Shown one piece after another: positions 6,139-15,066 of a stretch of DNA of 15,710 bases. The notes below the pieces were generated by a model, which had not been told where the DNA came from, ran no database searches, and was given only the letters and a program-made list of their open reading frames with translations. Location of the stretch: the IMG/VR virus record IMGVR_UViG_2778261360_000006. The stretch is one strand, 5' to 3'. The position numbers were made by a program, and so were the translations under genes. The DNA is from a virus. Its lineage: Duplodnaviria; Heunggongvirae; Uroviricota; Caudoviricetes. How positions within the stretch are numbered: position 1 is the stretch's first letter; each line of letters opens with the position of its first letter.

Positions 6139-7633
6139 TCTTTCACACATTATTGCAGCAGCATTCAATGAACCGCTGCTTCTGGAGCCCGCCTATGCGC
6201 GGGTTTTCTTTTGCGCGCTGGGGCGCGAGATGGGGGCAGCAAGTCTTTCGGTACCGCAACAGCAGGTACAGCTTGATGCTCCCGGGATGCTGGCTGAAAC
6301 GGACGAGTACATGGCCGGAGGTAAACGACCGGCCCGTGTTTACCGGGTGGTGAACGGTATTGCGGTACTGCCGGTGACCGGCACGCTGGTGCACCGGCTG
6401 GGGGGGATGCGGCCATTTTCCGGAATGACTGGCTATGACGGCATTGTCGCCTGTCTTCAGCAGGCAATGGCAGATAGCCTGGTGCGGGGCATACTGCTGG
6501 ACATTGACAGTCCGGGCGGGCAGGCCGCCGGCGCGTTTGACTGCGCTGACATGATTTACCGCCTCCGGCAGCAGAAGCCGGTCTGGGCACTGTGTAATGA
6601 CACGGCCTGTTCTGCGGCCATGCTGCTGGCGTCGGCCTGCTCCCGACGGCTGGTTACCCAGACATCCCGTATCGGCTCCATTGGCGTGATGATGAGCCAT
6701 GTCAGCTATGCCGGTCATCTGGCGCAGGCCGGTGTGGATATCACGCTGATTTATGCCGGGGCGCACAAGGTGGATGGCAATCAGTTTGAAGCGTTGCCGG
6801 CAGAGGTTCGCCAGGATATGCAGCAGCGGATTGATGCGGCGCACCGGATGTTTGCCGAAAAAGTGGCGATGTATACCGGGTTGTCTGTGGATGCGGTCAC
6901 GGGAACAGAGGCCGCCGTTTTTGAAGGTCAGTCCGGCATTGAGGCCGGGCTGGCGGATGAATTAATCAATGCGTCGGATGCCATCAGTGTGATGGCCACG
7001 GCGCTGAACAGTAATGTCAGAGGAGGCACTATGCCGCAATTAACTGCAACGGAAGCCGCCGTGCAGGAAAACCAGCGAGTGATGGGGATCCTGACATGCC
7101 AGGAAGCGAAAGGACGTGAACAGCTTGCCACGATGCTGGCAGGGCAACAGGGCATGAGCGTTGAACAGGCCCGGGCGATTCTGGCCGCGGCGGCACCGCA
7201 GCAGCCGGTGGCATCCGCGCAGAGTGAAGCCGATCGCATTATGGCGTGTGAAGAAGCGAACGGTCGTGAACAACTGGCAGTAACGCTGGCGGCGATGCCG
7301 GAGATGACGGTGGAAAAAGCCCGCCCGATCCTGGCTGCTTCACCGCAGGCGAATGCCGGACCCTCACTCCGTGATCAGATCATGGCACTGGATGAGGCAA
7401 AAGGGGCTGAGGCGCAGGCTGAACAGCTGGCTGCCTGCCCGGGAATGACCGTGGAGAGCGCCCGGGCTGTGCTGGCTGCGGGATCAGGTAAGGCAGAACC
7501 GGTCTCTGCATCCACAACCGCCCTGTTTGAACATTTCATGGCGAACCATTCACCGGCTGCGGTCCAGGGGGGCGTGTCACAGACGTCAGCAGACGGTGAT
7601 GCGGACGTGAAAATGCTCATGGCCATGCCATGA
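6128..7633 (+). CDS. C: Head maturation protease / minor capsid protein gpC-like (S49/ClpP-family peptidase domain plus C-terminal scaffold-like domain), 501 aa; GTG start
   Basis: N-terminal region aligns with lambda gpC (NLPHI…AFNEPL.LEPAYARVFFCAL; GIAVLPV.GTLV; GILLD.D.PGG; VWAL.ND; SRRLVTQT.R.GSIGVM; TLIY.G.HKVDGN). Codon 6128 is GTG, with AGAGGAGA 11 nt upstream. About 60 aa longer than lambda C because of repeated C-terminal segments. Confidence 0.9.
   Translation: MRRNLSHIIAAAFNEPLLLEPAYARVFFCALGREMGAASLSVPQQQVQLDAPGMLAETDEYMAGGKRPARVYRVVNGIAVLPVTGTLVHRLGGMRPFSGMTGYDGIVACLQQAMADSLVRGILLDIDSPGGQAAGAFDCADMIYRLRQQKPVWALCNDTACSAAMLLASACSRRLVTQTSRIGSIGVMMSHVSYAGHLAQAGVDITLIYAGAHKVDGNQFEALPAEVRQDMQQRIDAAHRMFAEKVAMYTGLSVDAVTGTEAAVFEGQSGIEAGLADELINASDAISVMATALNSNVRGGTMPQLTATEAAVQENQRVMGILTCQEAKGREQLATMLAGQQGMSVEQARAILAAAAPQQPVASAQSEADRIMACEEANGREQLAVTLAAMPEMTVEKARPILAASPQANAGPSLRDQIMALDEAKGAEAQAEQLAACPGMTVESARAVLAAGSGKAEPVSASTTALFEHFMANHSPAAVQGGVSQTSADGDADVKMLMAMP
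7031..7633 (+). CDS. nu3: Scaffolding protein Nu3-like, in-frame internal start within C (shares C-terminus with gpC), 200 aa
   Basis: In-frame ATG at 7031 preceded by a perfect AGGAGG (7021-7026). In lambda, Nu3 is translated in the C frame from an internal start and is about 201 aa. Inference by analogy. Confidence 0.55.
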   Translation: MPQLTATEAAVQENQRVMGILTCQEAKGREQLATMLAGQQGMSVEQARAILAAAAPQQPVASAQSEADRIMACEEANGREQLAVTLAAMPEMTVEKARPILAASPQANAGPSLRDQIMALDEAKGAEAQAEQLAACPGMTVESARAVLAAGSGKAEPVSASTTALFEHFMANHSPAAVQGGVSQTSADGDADVKMLMAMP

Positions 7634-7669
7634 AGTCAGTGCTGAACATCAATACGAGGTTTTAACAAT

Positions 7670-8017
7670 ATGGTGACGAAAACCATCACTGAACAGCGTG
7701 CGGAAGTACGTATTTTTGCCGGTAATGATCCGGCTCACACCGCCACAGGCAGCAGCGGGATTTCCTCGGCAACACCGGCACTGACACCCCTGATGCTGGA
7801 TGGGGCCACCGGGAAACTGGTGGTCTGGGACGGACAGAAAGCCGGTAGTGCGGTTGGCATACTGGTACTGCCGCTTGAAGGCACAGAGGCGGTGCTGACG
7901 TATTACAAGTCGGGGACCTTTGCGACGGAGGCAATCCGCTGGCCTGAAAGTGTGGATGAACACAAAAAGGCCAACGCCTTTACCGGCAGTGCCCTGAGTC
8001 ACGCGGCGCTGCCGTAA
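7670..8017 (+). CDS. D: Head decoration protein gpD-like (115 aa)
   Basis: Clear similarity to lambda gpD (…DPAHTAT…PA.TPLMLD…KLV.WDG…A.VGIL…YKSGTF…WPE…). Confidence 0.9.
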   Translation: MVTKTITEQRAEVRIFAGNDPAHTATGSSGISSATPALTPLMLDGATGKLVVWDGQKAGSAVGILVLPLEGTEAVLTYYKSGTFATEAIRWPESVDEHKKANAFTGSALSHAALP

Positions 8018-8074
8018 CACGTTATCAGGCCACCGCGTTGGCCTGACTGATTTCTTAATGAAAGGAACTGATTT

Positions 8075-9103
8075 ATGGGATTGTTTACGACCCGCCAGTT
8101 ACTCGGTTATACCGAACAAAAAGTGAAATTTCGTGCGCTGTTTCTGGAGCTGTTTTTCCGCCGTACGGTGAATTTCCATACCGAAGAGGTGATGCTGGAC
8201 AAAATTACCGGAAAAACGCCGGTGGCGGCCTATGTCTCCCCGGTTGTTGAAGGAAAAGTGCTGCGTCATCGCGGTGGTGAAACCCGCGTGTTACGTCCGG
8301 GCTACGTCAAGCCGAAACACGAATTTAATTACCAGCAGGCGGTTGAGCGTCTTCCCGGTGAAGATCCGGCTCAACTGAACGACCCGGCCTACCGTCGTCT
8401 GCGTATCATCACCGATAACCTCAAACAGGAAGAGCATGCCATTGTCCAGGTGGAAGAAATGCAGGCGGTGAATGCCGTGCTGTATGGCAAATACACCATG
8501 GAAGGGGATCAGTTTGATACTGTCGAGGTGGATTTTGGACGCTCTGAAGGAAATAACATTGAGCAGGCCGACGGTAAAAAATGGTCTGAGCAGGACCGTG
8601 ATACGTTTGATCCGACGCATGATATTGACCTCTACTGCGATCAGGCCAGCGGTCTTGTGAATATTGCCATTATGGACGGTACTGTCTGGCGTCTGCTGAA
8701 TGGTTTTAAGCTGTTCCGCGAAAAACTGGATACCCGTCGCGGCTCAAATTCACAACTCGAAACGGCAGTGAAAGACCTGGGGGCGGTGGTGTCTTTCAAA
8801 GGGTATTACGGCGATCTGGCCATTGTGGTGGCGAAAACGTCTTATGTGGCAGAGGACGGTACCGAAAAACGTTATCTGCCGGAGGGCACGCTGGTCCTGG
8901 GAAATACGGCTGCAGATGGGATCCGTTGTTACGGTGCCATTCAGGATGCGCAGGCGTTGTCCGAAGGTGTGGTGGCTTCTTCCCGTTACCCGAAACACTG
9001 GCTGACCGTGGGCGATCCGGCCCGTGAATTTACCATGACGCAGTCCGCACCGCTGATGGTGCTGCCGGATCCGGATGAGTTTGTGGTGGTGCAGGTGAAA
9101 TAA
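8075..9103 (+). CDS. E: Major capsid protein gpE-like (342 aa)
   Basis: Colinear similarity to lambda gpE (341 aa): YVSP.V.G.V…PGYVKPKHE…DPAYRR.RII…VEEMQAV.AVL.GKYTM…KLDTRRGSNS.LETAVKDLG…GDPAREFTM.QSAPLM.L.DPDEFV.VQ. AAAGGAA Shine-Dalgarno. Confidence 0.95.
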   Translation: MGLFTTRQLLGYTEQKVKFRALFLELFFRRTVNFHTEEVMLDKITGKTPVAAYVSPVVEGKVLRHRGGETRVLRPGYVKPKHEFNYQQAVERLPGEDPAQLNDPAYRRLRIITDNLKQEEHAIVQVEEMQAVNAVLYGKYTMEGDQFDTVEVDFGRSEGNNIEQADGKKWSEQDRDTFDPTHDIDLYCDQASGLVNIAIMDGTVWRLLNGFKLFREKLDTRRGSNSQLETAVKDLGAVVSFKGYYGDLAIVVAKTSYVAEDGTEKRYLPEGTLVLGNTAADGIRCYGAIQDAQALSEGVVASSRYPKHWLTVGDPAREFTMTQSAPLMVLPDPDEFVVVQVK

Positions 9104-9111
9104 TCCGTGAG

Positions 9112-9140
9112 CGGGGGCGAAATGCCCCCGTGTCTTTTTT
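9112..9140 (+). terminator. Intrinsic-terminator-like hairpin between E and FI: stem CGGGGGC/GCCCCCG (7 bp), loop GAAAT, followed by TGTCTTTTTT
   Basis: Read directly from the sequence, 9 nt after the E stop codon. GC-rich perfect stem plus a T6 run is the classic rho-independent terminator signature. Confidence 0.5.
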
Positions 9141-9154
9141 CACAGGGGGCTGAT

Positions 9155-9538
9155 ATGGCAACAAAAGAAGAAAATCAGAAACGTCTTCGTCAACTGGCTG
9201 GCCTGCTGGGGCGCGAGGCGGATATGTCGGGGAGTGCTGCGGATATTGCGCAACGTGTGTCTGAGTGGGAAGAGGAGCTTGCTGCTTCCCGGGAGGGCAT
9301 TATGCCTGGTGATGAGAGCGGGCCTGAGCAAAATCACACAGACGATGGTGAGCAGTTGCACAACACTGATGCTACGGATGATGTTAAAGCGGTCCGTGTG
9401 CGGAAATGCCTGCATGTGATGGGGTATTGCCCGGAGACAGGCCGTCCCGTTGAACTGACGTACCGGGGCATGCGTGTTCTGGTGCCATCACCACTGGCGA
9501 CAGCCATGATACAGCACGGAACGGCTGAGCATGCGTGA
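9155..9538 (+). CDS. FI: DNA packaging protein gpFI-like (127 aa); start at ATG 9155 (MATKEEN…)
   Basis: Position between E and FII and size (lambda FI is 132 aa). AGGGGG Shine-Dalgarno at 9144-9149. The ORF-track start 9107 would place the start inside the hairpin. Confidence 0.8.
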   Translation: MATKEENQKRLRQLAGLLGREADMSGSAADIAQRVSEWEEELAASREGIMPGDESGPEQNHTDDGEQLHNTDATDDVKAVRVRKCLHVMGYCPETGRPVELTYRGMRVLVPSPLATAMIQHGTAEHA

Positions 9539-9884
9539 TTTTCAGAATGCCTTTGATGCTGCCCTTGCCGGGGTGGACAGCACGATTGTTGAAGTGATGG
9601 GGCTCTGTGCGCAGTTCACCTCGGGGGCACAGTGTGGCAGCGAAGTTCAGGGGGTTTTTGACGATCCGGAGTCGCTGGGGTTTGCCGGTAGCGGGGTCCG
9701 TATTGAAGGAAGCTGTCCGTCATTATTTGTGCGGACGGATACGGTTCGTGCTGTGCGGCGTGGTGACACGCTGACCATTAATGGTGAGACGTTCTGGGTG
9801 GATCGTGTTTCTCCGGATGACGGGGGCAGCTGTTATCTCTGGCTCAACCGTGGGCAACCACCCGCCGTTAACCGGCGACGATAA
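9531..9884 (+). CDS. FII: Head-tail connector / head completion protein gpFII-like (117 aa)
   Basis: Strong similarity to lambda gpFII (…GVFDDPE…G.GVR.EGS.PSLFVRTD.VR.RRGDTLTI…FWVDRVSPDDGGSC.LWL.RG.PPAVNRRR). Confidence 0.92.
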   Translation: MRDFQNAFDAALAGVDSTIVEVMGLCAQFTSGAQCGSEVQGVFDDPESLGFAGSGVRIEGSCPSLFVRTDTVRAVRRGDTLTINGETFWVDRVSPDDGGSCYLWLNRGQPPAVNRRR

Positions 9885-9899
9885 ACGCAGGGTGAAATT

Positions 9900-10475
9900 A
9901 TGGCGATAAAAGGGCTTGAGCAGGCGATTGATAATCTGAGCCGGGTTCGTAAAAACGCCATTCCGGCGGCTTCAGCAATGGCCATTAACCGCGTGGCCAC
10001 AACGGCGATTAATCAGTCTTCGTCACAGGTTGCCCGGGAGACCAGGGTGAGCCGGAAACTGGTAAAGGAACGGTCCAGACTGAAACGGGCGACGGTCAGA
10101 AATCCGAATGCCAGAATTATCGTTAACCGCGGTGATCTCCCTGTGATTAAGCTGGGGATCAGAATGCTGGGACGTCGTCCGAACAGCATACTCAAAGCCG
10201 GTCAGCATCGTTATCAGCGGGCATTTATCCAGCGATTAAATAATGGGCGCTGGCATGTTATGCAACGTCTTCCCCAGGCCAGATATGAGGAGGGCAATGA
10301 CGACAAGGGAAGGAAAAAGCGTAATCGCCTTCCCATTCAGGTGGTGAAAATCCCGATGGCGACCCCTCTGAAACAGGCATTTGATGAGAATGTTGACCGT
10401 ATCCGGCGTGAACGCCTGCCTAAAGAACTGGCATACGCGCTGAAACAACAACTGAGGATTGCGATAAAACGATGA
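9900..10475 (+). CDS. Z: Tail completion / tail terminator-associated protein gpZ-like (191 aa)
   Basis: Size (lambda Z is 192 aa) and position after FII; ATGA coupling to U at 10472. Confidence 0.88.
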   Translation: MAIKGLEQAIDNLSRVRKNAIPAASAMAINRVATTAINQSSSQVARETRVSRKLVKERSRLKRATVRNPNARIIVNRGDLPVIKLGIRMLGRRPNSILKAGQHRYQRAFIQRLNNGRWHVMQRLPQARYEEGNDDKGRKKRNRLPIQVVKIPMATPLKQAFDENVDRIRRERLPKELAYALKQQLRIAIKR

Positions 10476-10867
10476 AACACACTGACATTCGTGCCGCAGT
10501 GCTGGATGCACTCGAGCAGCATGAACACGGGGCGACGCTGTTTGATGGTCGCCCCGTTGTTTTTGACGAAGAGGATTTTCCTGCGATCGCGGTTTATCTG
10601 ACGGATGCAGAGTATACCGGTGAAGAGCTGGATGCAGATACCTGGCGGGCCACGCTGCATATTGAGGTGTTTTTACCGGCACAGGTACCGGATTCGGAGC
10701 TGGATTCGTGGATGGAGTCCCGGATTTATCCGGTGATGAGCGATATCCCGGCACTGGCAGGACTGATTACCACGATGGTTACGCAGGGCTATGAGTATCG
10801 TCGTGATGACGATATGGCGTTATGGAGTTCTGCAGATCTGACTTATTCCATTACATACGAGATGTGA
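10472..10867 (+). CDS. U: Tail terminator protein gpU-like (131 aa)
   Basis: Size identical to lambda gpU and position between Z and V. Confidence 0.88.
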   Translation: MKHTDIRAAVLDALEQHEHGATLFDGRPVVFDEEDFPAIAVYLTDAEYTGEELDADTWRATLHIEVFLPAQVPDSELDSWMESRIYPVMSDIPALAGLITTMVTQGYEYRRDDDMALWSSADLTYSITYEM

Positions 10868-10874
10868 GGACGAT

Positions 10875-11627
10875 ATGGCAACACCAAATCCCCTTGAGCC
10901 GGTAAAAGGTGCCGGTACCACTCTGTGGGTTTACAACGGCAAGGGTGATGCTTATGCAAACCCGTTGTCAGACGATGACTGGCTGCGACTGGCTAAGGTG
11001 AAGGATCTGACGCCGGGCGAGATGACGGCAGAACCCTACGATGATAACTACCTGGATGATGAAGACGCGGACTGGACCGCGACCGGGCAGGGGCAGAAGT
11101 CTGCAGGAGATACCAGTTTTACGCTGGCCTGGAAACCGGGAGAAGAAGGTCAGAAAGGGCTTATAGGCTGGTTTGAAAGCGGGGATGTGCGGGCCTATAA
11201 AATCCGTTTTCCGAACGGCACGGTGGATGTGTTTCGTGGCTGGGTCAGCAGTATCGGTAAGGCCGTGACGGCGAAGGAAGTGATCACCCGCACGGTGAAA
11301 GTCACTAACGTGGGTAAACCTTCTGTAGCGGAAGAACGCAGCAAAATTACGCCGGTCAGTGCGATTAAGGTGACGCCGACATCCGGTACGGTGGCAAAAG
11401 GGAAAACAACCACCCTGACGGTTTCTTTTGAGCCGGAAAGTGCAACCGACAAGACGTTCAGAGCGGTTTCCGCCGATCCGTCGAAAGCCACCATTAGTGT
11501 GAAAGATATGACAATTACGGTAAACGGCGTGGCGACAGGTAAGGTGCAGATCCCTGTGGTGAGCGGAAATGGTCAGTTCGCCGCAGTGGCTGAAGTCACC
11601 GTTACTGAAGCGGGCGCTGCAGGGTAA
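10875..11627 (+). CDS. V: Major tail tube protein gpV-like with C-terminal Ig-like (Big_2-type) domain (250 aa)
   Basis: Size (lambda V is 246 aa), position, and a C-terminal segment ([30 protein letters not shown]…) with Ig-like beta-sandwich character as in lambda gpV. GAGGA Shine-Dalgarno. Confidence 0.93.
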   Translation: MATPNPLEPVKGAGTTLWVYNGKGDAYANPLSDDDWLRLAKVKDLTPGEMTAEPYDDNYLDDEDADWTATGQGQKSAGDTSFTLAWKPGEEGQKGLIGWFESGDVRAYKIRFPNGTVDVFRGWVSSIGKAVTAKEVITRTVKVTNVGKPSVAEERSKITPVSAIKVTPTSGTVAKGKTTTLTVSFEPESATDKTFRAVSADPSKATISVKDMTITVNGVATGKVQIPVVSGNGQFAAVAEVTVTEAGAAG

Positions 11628-11640
11628 ACGGAGGTAATAC

Positions 11641-12072
11641 ATGTTTCTGAAAACAGAACAATTTGAATATAACGGTGTGTCCGTCACGCTTTCCGAATTG
11701 TCTGCGCTGCAGCGTATTGAGCATCTTGCCCTCCTGAAACGGCGTGCAGAACAGGCAGAATCCAGCGGCAACCTGCAGGTAAGCGTGGAAGATCTCGTCA
11801 GAACCGGCGCGTTTCTGGTGGCGATGTCCCTGTGGCATAACCATCCGCAGAAAACGGGGTCACCGTCAATGAATGAGGCCGTGATGCAGATTGAGCAGGA
11901 AGTCCTGACCACCTGGCCTGCGGATGCCATTGCCCGGGCGGAAGATGTGGTGTTGCGTCTGTCCGGGATGAGCGGGCCTGTTCATGTGGATACGGATATT
12001 ACCGAAGTGGCGAAAAATAACGCGCTGACTGATGATGATTTTTCTGCGGGAAAGTCTTCGACGGCGAGCTGA
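11641..12072 (+). CDS. G: Tail assembly chaperone gpG-like (143 aa)
   Basis: Position and size (lambda G is 140 aa); GGAGG Shine-Dalgarno; contains a GGGAAAG slippery heptamer near its 3' end. Confidence 0.9.
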   Translation: MFLKTEQFEYNGVSVTLSELSALQRIEHLALLKRRAEQAESSGNLQVSVEDLVRTGAFLVAMSLWHNHPQKTGSPSMNEAVMQIEQEVLTTWPADAIARAEDVVLRLSGMSGPVHVDTDITEVAKNNALTDDDFSAGKSSTAS

Positions 12073-12512
12073 ATTTTGCCCTCAGACTGGCGCGTGAGAT
12101 GGGGAGGCCTGACTGGCGCGCCATGCTTGCCGGGATGACATCCACCGAATATGCCGACTGGCGACATTTTTACCGCATGCATTATTTTCACGATACCCAG
12201 CTGGATATGCATTTTTCCGGGCTGACGTACGCTGTACTCAGCCTGTTTTTTTGCGATCCGGATATGCATCCCTCTGATTTCAGTCTGCTTGTCCCCCGGC
12301 ATGAGGAAGAGCAGGTGGAGAGGCCGGATGAGGACAAAATGCTGATGCAGAAAGCGGCAGGACTTGCCGGAGGCGTCCGGTTCGGTGGGGACGGAGGGCG
12401 CGATATTTTATCGTCTGCGGATGTGGCGGATGTCATGGTGGATGATGTCGCATTAATGATGGCTTCAGCGGGGATTTCCGGAGGTGTGAGATATGTCCCA
12501 GCCGGTTGGTGA
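11641..12512 (+). CDS. T: Tail assembly chaperone G-T fusion produced by -1 frameshift at 12048-12054 (T frame 12054-12512)
   Basis: The ORF listed at 12099-12512 is in the -1 frame relative to G and has an upstream stop at 12036-12038, so the slippery site lies inside the 12039-12072 overlap; matches the conserved lambda G/GT arrangement before the tape measure gene. Confidence 0.75.
12048..12054 (+). promoter_or_regulatory. Programmed -1 ribosomal frameshift slippery site G GGA AAG (G to G-T fusion)
   Basis: Heptamer GGGAAAG lies in the G frame as G.GGA.AAG (…SAGKSS), 18 nt before the G stop. The -1 frame is open from 12039 and continues to 12512. Confidence 0.75.
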
Positions 12513-15066
12513 TCTTGTTATTGACCTTAGTCTGGATGCGGTCCGTTTCGATGAGCAGATGAGCCGGGTAAGGCGTCATTTTTCAGGTCTGGATACCGAC
12601 GCCAGAAAAACCGCCAGTGCTGTTGAACAGGGCCTGAGCCGCCAGGCGCTGGCTGCACAAAAAACCGGGATTTCCGTCGGGCAGTATAAAGCGGCCATGC
12701 GAACCCTGCCCGCACAGTTTACGGATATCGCCACGCAGCTTGCCGGTGGTCAGAATCCCTGGCTGATCCTGCTGCAACAGGGCGGTCAGGTGAAGGACTC
12801 CTTCGGCGGGATGATCCCCATGTTCAGGGGGCTTGCCGGTGCGATCACCCTGCCGATGGTCGGGGTCACCTCGCTGGCGGTGGCGACAGGTGCGCTGGTG
12901 TACGCCTGGTACCAGGGAGATTCCACGCTTTCAGCGTTTAATAAAACCCTGGTTCTTTCCGGTAATCAGTCCGGACTGACTGCCGATCGTATGCTGACTC
13001 TCTCAAGAGCCGGGCAGGCAGCAGGGCTGACGTTTAACCAGGCGAGAGAGTCACTGGCAGCCCTGGTGAATGCCGGTGTGCGTGGTGGTGAACAGTTTGA
13101 TGCCATCAACCAGAGTGTCGCGCGTTTTGCGTCTGCATCCGGTGTGGAGGTGGATAAAGTCGCTGAAGCCTTCGGGAAGCTGACCACTGACCCGACGTCG
13201 GGACTGATGGCGATGGCGCGCCAGTTCCGTAACGTGACGGCAGAGCAGATTGCGTATGTTGCACAGCTGCAGCGTTCCGGAGACGAGGCCGGGGCATTGC
13301 AGGCGGCGAACGATATCGCCACGAAAGGCTTTGATGAGCAGACCCGTCGCCTGAAAGAAAACATGGGAACACTGGAGACCTGGGCGGATAAAACAGGGAA
13401 GGCATTCAAATCGATGTGGGATGCCATTCTGGATATCGGTCGTCCGGAATCCTCAGCGGATATGCTCGCCAGTGCGCAGAAGGCATTTGATGAGGCGGAT
13501 AAAAAATGGCAGTGGTACCAGAGCCGGAGCCAGCGCCGGGGAAAGACCTCCTCTTTTCGTGCGAACCTTCAGGGGGCATGGGATGACCGGGAAAATGCCC
13601 GTCTGGGGCTGGCAGCGGCCACGCTGCAGTCGGATATGGAAAAAGCCGGTGAACTGGCGGCAAGGGATAAGGCTGAGCGTGACGTGTCACAGCTGAAATA
13701 TACAGAAGAGGCACAGAAGGCGTATGAGCGCCTGCAGACGCCGCTGGATAAATATACCGCCCGTCAGAAAGAGCTGAATAAGGCCCTGAAAGACGGAAAA
13801 ATCCTGCAGGTGGATTACAACACGCTGATGGCGGCGGCGAAAAAGGATTATGAATCGACGCAGAAAAAGCTGTCCGGTGTGAAGGTGTCTGCCGGTGAGC
13901 GCCAGGAAGACCGGGCACATGCTGCCCTGCTGGCGCTTGAAACTGAGCTCCGGACGCTGGAGAAGCACAGCGGTGCGAATGAGAAAATCAGCCAGCAGCG
14001 TCGCGATTTATGGAAAGCGGAAAATCAGTATGCGGTCCTGAAAGAGGCTGCCACGAAACGCCAGTTATCTGAGCAGGAAAAATCCCTGCTGGCCCATGAG
14101 AAAGAGACGCTGGAGTACAAACGCCAGCTGGCTGAGCTTGGCGACAAGGTTGAACACCAGAAACGGCTGAATGAGCTGGCACAGCAGGCGGCGCGGTTTG
14201 AACAGCAGCAGAGCGCGAAGCAGGCAGCCATCAGCGCAAAAGCCCGCGGCCTCACCGACCGTCAGGCGCAGCGGGAGTCGGAAGAGCAGCGCCTTCGTGA
14301 CGTGTACGGTGATAATCCGGCTGCGCTGGCGAAGGCCACATCTGCACTGAAGAACACCTGGTCTGCGGAGGAGCAGCTTCGTGGAAGCTGGATGGCCGGG
14401 CTGAAGTCCGGCTGGGGCGAGTGGGCGGAAAGTGCGACGGACAGTTTTTCGCAGGTTAAAAGCGCGGCCACGCAGACCTTTGACGGTATTGCACAGAATA
14501 TGGCGGCGATGCTGACCGGCAGTGAGCAGAACTGGCGCAGCTTCACCCGTTCCGTGCTGTCCATGATGACAGAAATTCTGCTTAAGCAGGCAATGGTGGG
14601 GATTGTCGGGAGTATCGGCAGCGCCATTGGAGGTGCTACCGGTGGCGGCTCATCAGCGTCAGGCGGTACAGCCATTCAGGCTGCTGCGGCAAAATTCCAT
14701 TTTGCAACCGGGGGATTTACGGGAACCGGCGGCAAATATGAGCCTGCGGGGATTGTTCATCGCGGGGAGTTTGTCTTCACGAAGGAGGCGACCAGCCGGA
14801 TTGGTGTCGGCAATCTGTACCGCCTGATGCGGGGCTATGCGGAAGGTGGTTATGTCGGCGGTGCCGGAAGTCCGGCGCAGATGCGGCGGGCGGAAGGCAT
14901 TAATTTTAATCAGAACAATCACGTGGTGATTCAGAACCACGGCCCCAACGGGCGGGCAGGGCCGCAGCTGATGAAAGCGGTGTATGAGATGGCCCGCAAG
15001 GGGGCACAGGATGAACTCCGGCTGCAGTTGCGTGATGGCGGTATGTTATCAGGGAGCGGTGGATGA
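12493..15066 (+). CDS. H: Tail tape measure protein gpH-like (857 aa)
   Basis: Large alpha-helical, Ala/Gln/Glu-rich protein with Gly-rich C-terminal region; size matches lambda gpH (853 aa); GGAGGTG Shine-Dalgarno; sits between G-T and M. Confidence 0.95.
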   Translation: MSQPVGDLVIDLSLDAVRFDEQMSRVRRHFSGLDTDARKTASAVEQGLSRQALAAQKTGISVGQYKAAMRTLPAQFTDIATQLAGGQNPWLILLQQGGQVKDSFGGMIPMFRGLAGAITLPMVGVTSLAVATGALVYAWYQGDSTLSAFNKTLVLSGNQSGLTADRMLTLSRAGQAAGLTFNQARESLAALVNAGVRGGEQFDAINQSVARFASASGVEVDKVAEAFGKLTTDPTSGLMAMARQFRNVTAEQIAYVAQLQRSGDEAGALQAANDIATKGFDEQTRRLKENMGTLETWADKTGKAFKSMWDAILDIGRPESSADMLASAQKAFDEADKKWQWYQSRSQRRGKTSSFRANLQGAWDDRENARLGLAAATLQSDMEKAGELAARDKAERDVSQLKYTEEAQKAYERLQTPLDKYTARQKELNKALKDGKILQVDYNTLMAAAKKDYESTQKKLSGVKVSAGERQEDRAHAALLALETELRTLEKHSGANEKISQQRRDLWKAENQYAVLKEAATKRQLSEQEKSLLAHEKETLEYKRQLAELGDKVEHQKRLNELAQQAARFEQQQSAKQAAISAKARGLTDRQAQRESEEQRLRDVYGDNPAALAKATSALKNTWSAEEQLRGSWMAGLKSGWGEWAESATDSFSQVKSAATQTFDGIAQNMAAMLTGSEQNWRSFTRSVLSMMTEILLKQAMVGIVGSIGSAIGGATGGGSSASGGTAIQAAAAKFHFATGGFTGTGGKYEPAGIVHRGEFVFTKEATSRIGVGNLYRLMRGYAEGGYVGGAGSPAQMRRAEGINFNQNNHVVIQNHGPNGRAGPQLMKAVYEMARKGAQDELRLQLRDGGMLSGSGG

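Noticed and set aside
9107-9154. ORF-track N-terminal extension of FI (MSGGEMPPCLFSQGAD…)
   Set aside because: It would be translated from within the terminator-like hairpin; the ATG at 9155 has an AGGGGG SD and gives a lambda-FI-sized product.
12493-15066. Possibility of an embedded enzymatic domain (e.g. lysozyme or peptidase) in the tape measure protein
   Set aside because: Length is almost the same as lambda gpH and the sequence is helical and Gly-rich throughout, with no obvious catalytic motif; no evidence for an insertion.
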